Source: Parcubacteria group bacterium (GTDB lineage: Bacteria > Patescibacteriota > Minisyncoccia > Minisyncoccales > UBA10102). From it: a DNA stretch of 64,000 nucleotides. The position numbers and the translations under genes were made by a program. The notes beneath the pieces are model-generated. The model saw only the letters and a program-made list of their open reading frames with translations, was not told the DNA's origin and did not search any database. The stretch lies in contig JACQLT010000002.1 of NCBI GenBank assembly GCA_016203945.1, positions 73,585 through 137,584 of the forward strand, in the 5' to 3' direction. Positions 17,922 through 26,568 of the stretch are shown piece by piece (the first letter of the stretch is position 1; each line of letters begins with the position of its first letter).

Positions 17922-19574
17922 TTAGAGAAGGGGCGGCAAACCGCCTGTGACCATGATCTTCTGGCCGGTCGTGAAAGAAGCATAGTCAGAAGCCAAAAAA
18001 GCAACTGCTCGTGCAATATCCAAGGGTTCCGCGTATCTTCCCAAAGGAGACTCCTCCGCAATCTTTTTGCGAAACCCATCCGGGATATGCGCAATCAAGT
18101 CAGTTTCAACCATACTGGGCACCACCATGTTAACGAGAATATTTTGTCTGGCATATTCTACGGCCAGAGCCCTGGTGAGTCCTACGAGGCCACTCTTTGC
18201 GATGACATATTTGCTATGCCGCGAAGGAGGGTCATCGGTTGCCACGGTGCCAATGGTAATAATGCGACCTCCTCCTGCTTTGATCATACCGGGTATCACT
18301 TCCTGGGAGCAGTGAACGCTTCCTTTCACCACCACGTCCAGATCTCTTTGAATATCTTCCCATTGCGTAGAAAGAAAATCTTTTGGAAGGAAATCTCTTA
18401 CCGCATTGTTCACGAGCACGTCAACTGTGCCAAAAAATTCGTTGATTTTTCCAACCATAGCCCGTACCTGCTCGCGGTGGGTAATGTCCGCCTGAAAGCA
18501 AAGGGCTTTGCCGTCCCCTTTGCGGATGTCTTCTACGAGGTTTTCTGCGTCCTCCTTTCCCCGCAGATAGTTGATAGCTACCTTGGCTCCCAGCGCGGCA
18601 AAGAGCATGGCGCATGTGGCGCCAATTCCGCTGTTGGCGCCGGTAATAAGCACTACCTTGTCCTTGAGACCCATATCATGTGCTTTCTCCTGTATATCGG
18701 CAAAGGAAGCAAGGCGTGCACGCGGGCTCCTCACCCCGGCGGTAATAAATCCTCGTATGGCAGATCCGACGGCAAACTCTTTTTTTATACTGTGCGTTGC
18801 CCCCGACACGAACACCACCTCTTCTTTGAACTCGTAAAGAGCGTCGAGAACAATAGGGTTCTCTATCGTTGCCTCAAATCCGTACAGCGTCGCAAATGTC
18901 CCCGGCATAACCATTCCCACGGAAGGAGAACACATGAGCAGGGCCAATAACTCGAACGGAGAAAAAGCGGGGCTGAACTTTTCGTCCGGCAATCCTTCTT
19001 GCAAAAGAAACCGCGCACCTGCCATGGCTCCTTGAGATACGGCAAAGCGCATCGTGTTTGCCATGCCTTCCTGAATTTCCTGCATGGCGTATGTGCGTTC
19101 TTGAATGTTGTCTCTCAGCAAACTCTCTTCTGGCGCATCGCTTGCGATGGGAATGCGTGCCTCAGAAGGGACCATCTCTCCCTTTCCTTCAATCAATGAC
19201 TCCTGGGATTTGCGGTTGAGTATGCGCCACGAAAACCCGCCTTGCTCTCGCACATGCGCTTCAAGCGTTAAAGCATCGTTTAAAAAAATCGGCTTAAGGA
19301 ATTTTGCCCGGAGCGAGCGCAATCTCCATGTTCTGCGGGGAAATTGAACCGCCAATAAAAAGCAAAGGGGGAGAAATCCATGCACAATACGCTCGCGGTA
19401 CGCGGAGGTTGCCGCAACATCTTCATGGAGATGCAATGGATTGGTATCGCCCGAGAGAAACGCAAAGCGTCTCACCATGGATTCGGTAATCTGAAAGGAG
19501 ATGTGCTGCGGCTGATTGTGTGCTTGTGACATATGCTTAGAAGGCAAGCTTTTTCCGACGAGAAAGCCACTCAT
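17922..19574 (-). CDS. fusion protein: N-terminal MaoC-like (hot-dog) dehydratase plus C-terminal FabG-like short-chain ketoreductase
   Basis: GDTNPLHLHEDVAATSAYRERIVHGF (MaoC); LITGANSGIGAT, NNAV, YVIAKSG (SDR). Confidence 0.7.
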   Translation of the reverse strand: MSGFLVGKSLPSKHMSQAHNQPQHISFQITESMVRRFAFLSGDTNPLHLHEDVAATSAYRERIVHGFLPLCFLLAVQFPRRTWRLRSLRAKFLKPIFLNDALTLEAHVREQGGFSWRILNRKSQESLIEGKGEMVPSEARIPIASDAPEESLLRDNIQERTYAMQEIQEGMANTMRFAVSQGAMAGARFLLQEGLPDEKFSPAFSPFELLALLMCSPSVGMVMPGTFATLYGFEATIENPIVLDALYEFKEEVVFVSGATHSIKKEFAVGSAIRGFITAGVRSPRARLASFADIQEKAHDMGLKDKVVLITGANSGIGATCAMLFAALGAKVAINYLRGKEDAENLVEDIRKGDGKALCFQADITHREQVRAMVGKINEFFGTVDVLVNNAVRDFLPKDFLSTQWEDIQRDLDVVVKGSVHCSQEVIPGMIKAGGGRIITIGTVATDDPPSRHSKYVIAKSGLVGLTRALAVEYARQNILVNMVVPSMVETDLIAHIPDGFRKKIAEESPLGRYAEPLDIARAVAFLASDYASFTTGQKIMVTGGLPPLL

Positions 19575-20106
19575 CTCTGGTTATTCCATACCACACCTGA
19601 TCGACAAATGCTCCTTTATACAGCAACCGCTCCTTAAACGTACCCTGGTACGAAAGACCCATCTTTTTGTAGTTGAATACGGAAGCGACATTGGGAGCGT
19701 AGGCGCCCGTGGAAATAGAGCGGATTCGAAGCTTCAGAAACGCGAAATCAAACACAAGAGCAATGGCTTCCTGCGCAGCTCCCGTGCCCCAGTACTTCTT
19801 GTTCCCGATAAGATATCCGTAGTTCGCGTATTTGTGCATCGGATGAATGTCATACAGCGTAATGACGCCGATGTGCTTTTTTGTTTTCTTGTCAAATATC
19901 CCCCAAAGAAACTTGGTCTTCTGGTCAAAGCCCCTCACATACGCTCTCTGCGTTGCCAGAGTATGTTTCTTGAAACGCGCCTCAAGAAACTCATTCACCC
20001 CGGGGTCCTTCAGCCAAGAGACATATTCTTGGGTCACATCTTCTGGGAAAAGCGGCTTGAGCTGCGTCTGCCTGCCTTCAAACACGAGGGAACTATTCCT
20101 TGCCAT
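19537..20106 (-). CDS. GNAT family N-acyltransferase
   Basis: GNAT motif A region GYLIGNKKYWGTGAAQEAIALVFDFAF. Confidence 0.7.
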   Translation of the reverse strand: MARNSSLVFEGRQTQLKPLFPEDVTQEYVSWLKDPGVNEFLEARFKKHTLATQRAYVRGFDQKTKFLWGIFDKKTKKHIGVITLYDIHPMHKYANYGYLIGNKKYWGTGAAQEAIALVFDFAFLKLRIRSISTGAYAPNVASVFNYKKMGLSYQGTFKERLLYKGAFVDQVWYGITRDEWLSRRKKLAF

Positions 20107-20341
20107 GGGATTTCATTTTCTTTGTTATCGCTTCTTGGATTGCTGCGAAAGAGACGAGATCTGGAATTTCCCGATCGCCAAAACGCATGCCAAACTCTTC
20201 CTGGAGAGCCATGACAAGACGGAGATGCTGAAGCGAATCCCACTGGGCAATGGTATAAATGGATGCGTTGTCTTTGATGAGAGTGCGATCCACTTCCAAA
20301 GAATCCGCCATAATGCTTTTAATGCGTTCTTCCGTGCTCAT
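20093..20341 (-). CDS. acyl carrier protein
   Basis: About 80 aa with phosphopantetheine-attachment DSL motif (AQWDSLQHLRLVMALQEEFG); start taken at MSTEERIKSIM (ATGA overlap with FkbH gene). Confidence 0.7.
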   Translation of the reverse strand: MSTEERIKSIMADSLEVDRTLIKDNASIYTIAQWDSLQHLRLVMALQEEFGMRFGDREIPDLVSFAAIQEAITKKMKSHGKE

Positions 20342-22122
20342 ACGGCCTGCTGCGGAGTCATATGTATTGTCTGGAACCACGGAGGAAGGAAAGGAAGAGC
20401 GCCTTCTATATTCAATGCGTACACGTTCTCAGCTTGCTTTGTAAAACCTAGGTGCGGATAGAGATCTTTTACCACGGCATTCTTTGCGGTAGGAATATAT
20501 TCTCCAGTTATCAATGTTACTCCTTGTTCTTGCAGATACAACGCTACCTTAGAAATAACCGCTTGTTCAATCGTACGGCCAATGACCCGACAGCTCTGAA
20601 GAAACATATCAATACTCGCCTTCTTGTCTTGAATCTTTACAATGAGGAGGCCGACGACCCCGTTATCCCCGAATTTATCCTGTACAGACCAGGAAAAAAC
20701 CTGCCATTTGGGATCTTCCATGCGTCTCGTAATGTCTGCTTCAGAATACTTTTTTGTCGTAAGGTTGAACTGATTTGTCTTCTGGGTCATCTGGGCCAGG
20801 CGCGGAATCTGCATTTTCTCATTCACAAAAATCGTGAGACGCATGTCCAGGGTCCTCCAGAAATCTTCCAATGAAGCCGACTCCTGCTTTAGAGAGGCCC
20901 GTTTGCCCTGATCTTGATATATCCGCACCTTTTTCAGATCTTCTTGAGAATAGATATTCTTCTCAAATACGTGTAATTCCTGAAGGAACGCTGCGTATTC
21001 GCCAGCCCCCTCCGGAAGTTCCGGGGTATACACTTCGGGAACCCGTTCTCGCATTAATTCCCGCTCAACGGGGCTGTCGTCAAGGAATACCATGCTATCT
21101 AAACCGATATCGAGCTCTTGGGCTATTTCTTGGATTGATTGAGGTTTTAGGCCCCAGCCAATCTTTGTAATAACAAAATCCTCTAGGGCAAGAGGCATAT
21201 CGTCTTTCCTTTTTAGGAATGCTTCTTTGACGTCTTCAGGATTGTTTTTTGAGGCCATTGCAAGGACAATGCCTTTTGAAGAAAGATGTTTCAATTGAAG
21301 CTGAAAATCGTAATACGCGCGCCCGGGACCCGTTGGCCCAACGATGACGCGATCTGGCCCCTCCTCTCCCACAACCCCCCCCCACAGCGTATTATCAAGA
21401 TCAAGCACAATGCACTTTTTAGTTTTTCCGTAGGCGGCAAACATAACACGGGCAATCTCTTTTCCAATCTCTACCAAACCCTCTGAAGAAAAGGGTAAAG
21501 AAGAATGGTAGTACATATTCCAGTCGTAGAAACGCTTCTTGCCGATTCTTGAGGCGATGTCTTGAACATCAAGCATATATACCTCTTTATGCCGCGAGGC
21601 CGCAGCGGCAATGCTTCTGTTGAGATGGACTAACGCTTCTTTCTGGGAATAATCCCTCTGCGCATCCAGAATGCCATAATACCATCTGCCAGGATGATCG
21701 AATGTCGTAAGAATGATGCGGGGCTGTGATGTTCTGCGGGCTGCTGCAACAAGCTGCTCCATGCGATGAACAACTTCCTGCGTCTTCTTTTCCAGTTCCA
21801 AGGGAGTTATGTTGTGAAAGTCGTAGATGAGTTCGGGAAAAAATTCTTGGAGAGTGGCAAAGAGAAGAACGACATCATACGCGCCTTTGCCATACTCTCC
21901 TGCCGGGTCGAGAAGTTCCTGCTCAAATATGTTATAGCCGAAAAATCGGATGGTTGGCGCGAATCCTTCTGAAACAAGCTCGACCCGCACCACGGGCTCA
22001 ATGGGTTCCAGCGTGCACGAACGGAATACGGCAAGCGAAAGAGGCGTCCCTCGGGGTGTCTCGCCAATCTGTCTTGCTAGTTCCAAATAATCCTTGTACG
22101 TACTCTTCATTGTTTGGTGCAT
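20338..22122 (-). CDS. FkbH-like HAD-superfamily (subfamily IIIC) protein with C-terminal acyltransferase-like domain
   Basis: HAD motif LDLDNTLWGG, FkbH-domain architecture (about 590 aa). Confidence 0.7.
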   Translation of the reverse strand: MHQTMKSTYKDYLELARQIGETPRGTPLSLAVFRSCTLEPIEPVVRVELVSEGFAPTIRFFGYNIFEQELLDPAGEYGKGAYDVVLLFATLQEFFPELIYDFHNITPLELEKKTQEVVHRMEQLVAAARRTSQPRIILTTFDHPGRWYYGILDAQRDYSQKEALVHLNRSIAAAASRHKEVYMLDVQDIASRIGKKRFYDWNMYYHSSLPFSSEGLVEIGKEIARVMFAAYGKTKKCIVLDLDNTLWGGVVGEEGPDRVIVGPTGPGRAYYDFQLQLKHLSSKGIVLAMASKNNPEDVKEAFLKRKDDMPLALEDFVITKIGWGLKPQSIQEIAQELDIGLDSMVFLDDSPVERELMRERVPEVYTPELPEGAGEYAAFLQELHVFEKNIYSQEDLKKVRIYQDQGKRASLKQESASLEDFWRTLDMRLTIFVNEKMQIPRLAQMTQKTNQFNLTTKKYSEADITRRMEDPKWQVFSWSVQDKFGDNGVVGLLIVKIQDKKASIDMFLQSCRVIGRTIEQAVISKVALYLQEQGVTLITGEYIPTAKNAVVKDLYPHLGFTKQAENVYALNIEGALPFLPPWFQTIHMTPQQAV

Positions 22123-22457
22123 ATGACGAATGCCAAAGCATAATCTTTTACGTGAGCCATGCTTATCTGACAGGCAGGATGGCGGGCCTGCTTTTGCGGC
22201 AAGAATGCAATGGAGGGTTTTCCCGATGCGGATGTTCTGATCTCAACCTGCAGATAGGATACGGGCTTTTCGATCGCTTTGAATGTTGCTTCTTTTGCCG
22301 CAAAGCGCGCGGCAAAATGTTGGAGCGGAAATGCCTTGCTCTTGCAGAAGCGGATCTCTTTTGCGCTAAATACGCGCTTCATAAATTCTTGCTTCTTCAT
22401 TGCCTTGGCAAAATCAGGAAGAAATACGATATCAACGCCGACTCCTAATACAGACAT
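22107..22457 (-). CDS. acpS: holo-ACP synthase (4'-phosphopantetheinyl transferase, AcpS-type)
   Basis: MSVLGVGVDIV N-terminus and ASGKPSI motif typical of AcpS. Confidence 0.7.
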   Translation of the reverse strand: MSVLGVGVDIVFLPDFAKAMKKQEFMKRVFSAKEIRFCKSKAFPLQHFAARFAAKEATFKAIEKPVSYLQVEIRTSASGKPSIAFLPQKQARHPACQISMAHVKDYALAFVICTKQ

Positions 22458-22467
22458 ACGCGTGTGG

Positions 22468-23607
22468 CTATCTTCGATATCGCGCAATGATCTCGCGCAC
22501 TGCCCTGACAACAGCGCGTATTTCTCCCGATATCATCTTGGGAAACAACGGCAGGGTTATCGCCCGCTCATAATACTGTTCAGCAATGGGGAAATCGCCT
22601 TTCTTGTATCCGAATGTTTTTTTATAAAACGGATGGAGGTGAACCGGAATATAGTGCACCTGCACGCCAAGGCCTTTGTTGCGCAACGCTTCAAATATTT
22701 TTCTTCTTCCGGTTTTTAATAATTCCAAGCGCAGTCGGATGGGATACAAATGATACGCAGACCTGGCATACGCTTTCTCGACAGGAAGAATTATCTCTGA
22801 AATATTACGAAACGCTTGGTTATACCGTCGCACGATCTCTCTTCTCGTCTTTACGAACCTATCCAGTTTCTGGAACTGACTGAGGCCCAGGGCGCACTGT
22901 ATGTCAGAAATGCGGTAATTATATCCCGGCCTCTCTATCTCGTAATACCATGCTCCCCTCTCTGGTTTTCTGATAAGTCCGTGGTTTCGAAACGCCTTTA
23001 GAGTTCTGTAGAAATCCTTTCTGTCGGTAACAACCATTCCTCCTTCTCCCGTAGTAATGGCTTTTACCGGATGAAAGCTGAACATGGTCATATCGGAGAA
23101 TGATCCTACTTTCTTGCCTTTGTATTCTGAACCCAAGGCATGGGCGGCATCTTCAATAACCAGAAGATTGTGCTCTCTCGCGATCTTTTTTATGGTGTCC
23201 AGTTCTGCTGGATGACCTGCAAAATCAACCGGAGCCAACGCCTTGGTCCTTTTGGTAATTTTCTTTTTGATTGCTTCTGGGCTGATATTCAACGTATTCT
23301 CTTGAATATCGGCAAAGACGGGCTTTCCTCCGCAATACACAATGGCGTTCGCGGTCGCGGCAAACGTCATGGGAGTGGTGATAACTTCGTCTCCCGGCCC
23401 GATGCGAGCCGCAGCGTATGCCGCGTGCAAAGCTGCGGTTCCCGAAGAAAACGCCACCGCGTACTTTACTCCGCAATACCCGGCTATTGCCTGCTCAAAT
23501 TGCTCGACTCTTGGCCCCTGGGTAATCCAGTCGCTCTTTAATATACGCACAACGGAAGCAATATCGCTCCCGTCTATTTGCTGGTGGCCGTAGGGAATAG
23601 TTTTCAT
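22468..23607 (-). CDS. pseC: UDP-4-amino-4,6-dideoxy-N-acetyl-beta-L-altrosamine transaminase
   Basis: Strong identity to PseC blocks: AHALGSEYKGKKVGSF, FSFHPVKAITTGEGGMVVTD. Confidence 0.85.
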   Translation of the reverse strand: MKTIPYGHQQIDGSDIASVVRILKSDWITQGPRVEQFEQAIAGYCGVKYAVAFSSGTAALHAAYAAARIGPGDEVITTPMTFAATANAIVYCGGKPVFADIQENTLNISPEAIKKKITKRTKALAPVDFAGHPAELDTIKKIAREHNLLVIEDAAHALGSEYKGKKVGSFSDMTMFSFHPVKAITTGEGGMVVTDRKDFYRTLKAFRNHGLIRKPERGAWYYEIERPGYNYRISDIQCALGLSQFQKLDRFVKTRREIVRRYNQAFRNISEIILPVEKAYARSAYHLYPIRLRLELLKTGRRKIFEALRNKGLGVQVHYIPVHLHPFYKKTFGYKKGDFPIAEQYYERAITLPLFPKMISGEIRAVVRAVREIIARYRR

Positions 23608-24587
23608 ATCTCATGCTTCATTGTATCAAGCATCTTTTTCATTTCTTCCTTTGTGATGGCGCGCTCATTCCGGTCGCTCCGATATGAAAAACTGGCGGGG
23701 ACGGGCTTCCCTTCCTTTGAGTTTTCTTCTTTCCAGAAAGAAAATTCGGGAGCAATCACATACATATCATCAAACTCTCTTGTATGTCTTGCCTCTTCTT
23801 CGCAAATGAGCGTTTCGTGAAGCTTCTCTCCGGGGCGAATGCCGACGATTTTTACTTTGGCTTCGGGCGCCACCGTCTGAGCCAGATCAAGAACCCGCAT
23901 GCTCGGAACTTTTGGCACGAACACTTCGCCTCCATGCATGCGCTCAATGCATGTGATGACGAAACGAATGCCTTCTTCGAGCGAGATCCAAAATCGCGTC
24001 ATGCGCTCGTCGGTTACGGTAACTTCCCCTGTTTTGCGCTGTTCCAGGAATAGAGGAATGACAGATCCTGAAGAGGCGATCACGTTGCCGTAGCGAGCCG
24101 AGCTCAGACGCACGTTCTTATGGCTGCCGTATGCGTTTCCCTGAACAAAGAGTTTTTCCGCAACCATCTTTGTGGCCCCATACAAATTTGCGGGCTGCAC
24201 CGATTTATCGGTGCCGATGTTCATCACCAAGGGCACCCGCTGATCAATGGCGGCGTCAATCACATTGACGGCTCCTTCAATGTTGGTGCGTACCGCCTCA
24301 ATCGGATTGTATTCGCACACGGGGATATGCTTTAAGGCTGCGGCATGCACCACCACGTCAACGTCTGCCATAGAACGCTCCAGGCGACTCTTGTCTCGTA
24401 CGTCTCCGAGAAAAAAGCGCAGGCGCCTATCAGAAAACCTGCGCCCCATTTCAACGAGTTGCAGCTCGTTGTTGTCAAAAATACGCACGACCGCAGGGTT
24501 GTGTTCCTTGAGAATAACCTCGGCAAACTCCTGCCCAAAAGAACCCGCCCCTCCCGTTATCAAAATTGTTTTGCCTTGAAAAATCAT
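23604..24587 (-). CDS. pseB: UDP-N-acetylglucosamine 4,6-dehydratase (inverting)
   Basis: KTILITGGAGSFGQEF, RMTRFWISLEEGIRFV, GIRPGEKLHE blocks match FlaA1/PseB. Confidence 0.85.
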   Translation of the reverse strand: MIFQGKTILITGGAGSFGQEFAEVILKEHNPAVVRIFDNNELQLVEMGRRFSDRRLRFFLGDVRDKSRLERSMADVDVVVHAAALKHIPVCEYNPIEAVRTNIEGAVNVIDAAIDQRVPLVMNIGTDKSVQPANLYGATKMVAEKLFVQGNAYGSHKNVRLSSARYGNVIASSGSVIPLFLEQRKTGEVTVTDERMTRFWISLEEGIRFVITCIERMHGGEVFVPKVPSMRVLDLAQTVAPEAKVKIVGIRPGEKLHETLICEEEARHTREFDDMYVIAPEFSFWKEENSKEGKPVPASFSYRSDRNERAITKEEMKKMLDTMKHEI

Positions 24588-24627
24588 GAAATCCGTAGAC
24601 CCTGTATATCACACATGCTCCGCTTTA

Positions 24628-26523
24628 TCAACGAGGTGTCATCCAGCGCTCGTACCACATTTGAAACATGAGCAGGAACCAGAGCTTGTGCGCATCCACT
24701 CCCCTGCCTTCTCTATGGCGCTTGAGCGCGCGCTGAACCGCCCGCTGGTCGAATAACCCGTGCAGCAAAAGACGCTCTGGTGCCAGATACTCCTGAAGAA
24801 AACGGGAAAAATCCTGCCTAAGCCAGGCATGGATGGGAATGCCAAATCCCTGCTTGGGGCGCTCGATGAGTTCCTCTGGGATGTAGCGCGCAAGAATCTT
24901 CTTGAGTAAATATTTGCTTTGTCCCTTTTTAAACTTGATGGAACTTGGAACCCGAGCAACGTACTCGGCTATCTTTTGATCAAGAAATGGCTCTCTCCCT
25001 TCCAGGCCGACTGCCATGGTCGCCCGATCTGCTTTTACCAAGATATCGTCTGGCAGGTACACGCGAAAATCCGCGACTTGCATCTTGGCGAACGCATCAA
25101 GAGAACCAAGCTCATTAAACCCGTAGAAACTGCTGTTGGCATCAAATGGAAATCGAAGAAGCTGCAAAAGCTGCTGGCGCGTCCAGAAGGAGTTGGCGGT
25201 GCGGAATATGTCTTCAAATGAGCGTTCGCGCAGAAGATTTCTTAGTTTATACACCTTATTTTTTAAGTTCGTATGTTTTTTTAAAGAAGGAGAAAAAAGG
25301 GCTAGTCCAACAGCGAGCGAACGAGAGAGCGCTGGCGGCAACGCCCCAAATTTTCTCTGGTACCACTCCAAAGCCCCGTATTTGGGGTATCCGCCAAAAA
25401 GCTCGTCTCCCCCATCTCCGGAAAGAACTACTTTTACCTGTTCTCTCGCAAACTTGGAAACCAGATGTGTCGGGATTGCCGAGCTGTCTCCAAACGGCTC
25501 GTCATACATGTCGGGAAGCTGGGGAATGACGTCGGCTGCCATTTCTTTGGTGCAGTAGAGCTCGTGGTGTTCGGTCCCAAAATATTGAGCTATCTTCTTT
25601 GCGAATGGCGCCTCGTCGTATCCTTTTTCATGGAACCCAATTGTGAACGTCTTTATGGGAGCTCCCGCCTGTTTCTGCAAGAGAGCGGCTATCGTGGAAG
25701 AATCTAGGCCGCCGCTCAAAAATATCCCGACTGGCACGTCTGCCACCATGCGGTAGCGAAACGATTCAAGAAGAATGCCTTCCAATTCTTCTATGATTTC
25801 CTCTTCGGATTTCTGAAAAGGTCCAAGCTGGTAAAAGGAGGCGATGTCCCAGTATCGCACTTCCTTTGAGTTGCCGTGCGTATCAATCTCAAGATAGGAG
25901 CCCGGCTGCAGCTTGAAGGTGTTCTGAAATATAGTATGGGGCGCCGGAATGTAGCCGAGCTGCAGAAACAAAGCAAGCGCTTCGTAATTGATCTCTTTCT
26001 TGAACTCGGGGTGTTTGTGAAGCGCCTTGAGTTCTGAAGCAAAAAGCAAGAGGCCGTTTTTTTGGTAATAGTACAAAGGTTTTACGCCCGCCCGGTCCCT
26101 GCACAAGATGAGTTTGCCGGAGTTGGCATCCCAAATGGCAAAAGCGAACATGCCCCGGAACCTTGCGACACTTTCCATGCCCCATTCTTCATACGCCTCA
26201 AGAATGACTTCTGTGTCCGAGGCGCTCTTAAATTTCCTGCCTCGTTTCTCAAGCTCGCTGCGAACTTCTTGAAAATTATAGATCTCTCCATTGAACGCGA
26301 TCCAAAGAGTTTTCGTTTTGTTTGCCATGGGCTGATGCCCCAGCGAAGACAAGTCAATGATGGCAAGACGCGTATGACCCAGACCGATGCCGTGTTCTTG
26401 AGAAACAAAAACGCCCCGGTCGTCAGGACCCCGATGGCTGAGGCATTCTGCCATGCGCGAGAGCACGCTCTCCTCAAGAAAAGAGCGCTGCCGAGCGTCA
26501 AAAATACCGACAATGCCGCACAT
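24628..26523 (-). CDS. asparagine synthetase B-family glutamine amidotransferase
   Basis: MCGIVGIF Ntn-amidotransferase start, PP-loop SGGLDSS. Confidence 0.85.
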   Translation of the reverse strand: MCGIVGIFDARQRSFLEESVLSRMAECLSHRGPDDRGVFVSQEHGIGLGHTRLAIIDLSSLGHQPMANKTKTLWIAFNGEIYNFQEVRSELEKRGRKFKSASDTEVILEAYEEWGMESVARFRGMFAFAIWDANSGKLILCRDRAGVKPLYYYQKNGLLLFASELKALHKHPEFKKEINYEALALFLQLGYIPAPHTIFQNTFKLQPGSYLEIDTHGNSKEVRYWDIASFYQLGPFQKSEEEIIEELEGILLESFRYRMVADVPVGIFLSGGLDSSTIAALLQKQAGAPIKTFTIGFHEKGYDEAPFAKKIAQYFGTEHHELYCTKEMAADVIPQLPDMYDEPFGDSSAIPTHLVSKFAREQVKVVLSGDGGDELFGGYPKYGALEWYQRKFGALPPALSRSLAVGLALFSPSLKKHTNLKNKVYKLRNLLRERSFEDIFRTANSFWTRQQLLQLLRFPFDANSSFYGFNELGSLDAFAKMQVADFRVYLPDDILVKADRATMAVGLEGREPFLDQKIAEYVARVPSSIKFKKGQSKYLLKKILARYIPEELIERPKQGFGIPIHAWLRQDFSRFLQEYLAPERLLLHGLFDQRAVQRALKRHREGRGVDAHKLWFLLMFQMWYERWMTPR

Positions 26524-26568
26524 AGAGCTAAGTGGACACAGACACAGAATTTCTATATCATATAATCG

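Noticed and set aside
26453-26568. Longer 5' extension of the first Wzy_C-TPR gene (ORF-track start 26453)
   Set aside because: Would overlap the asnB coding start by 70 nt on the opposite strand; the TM region begins right after the Met at 26569.
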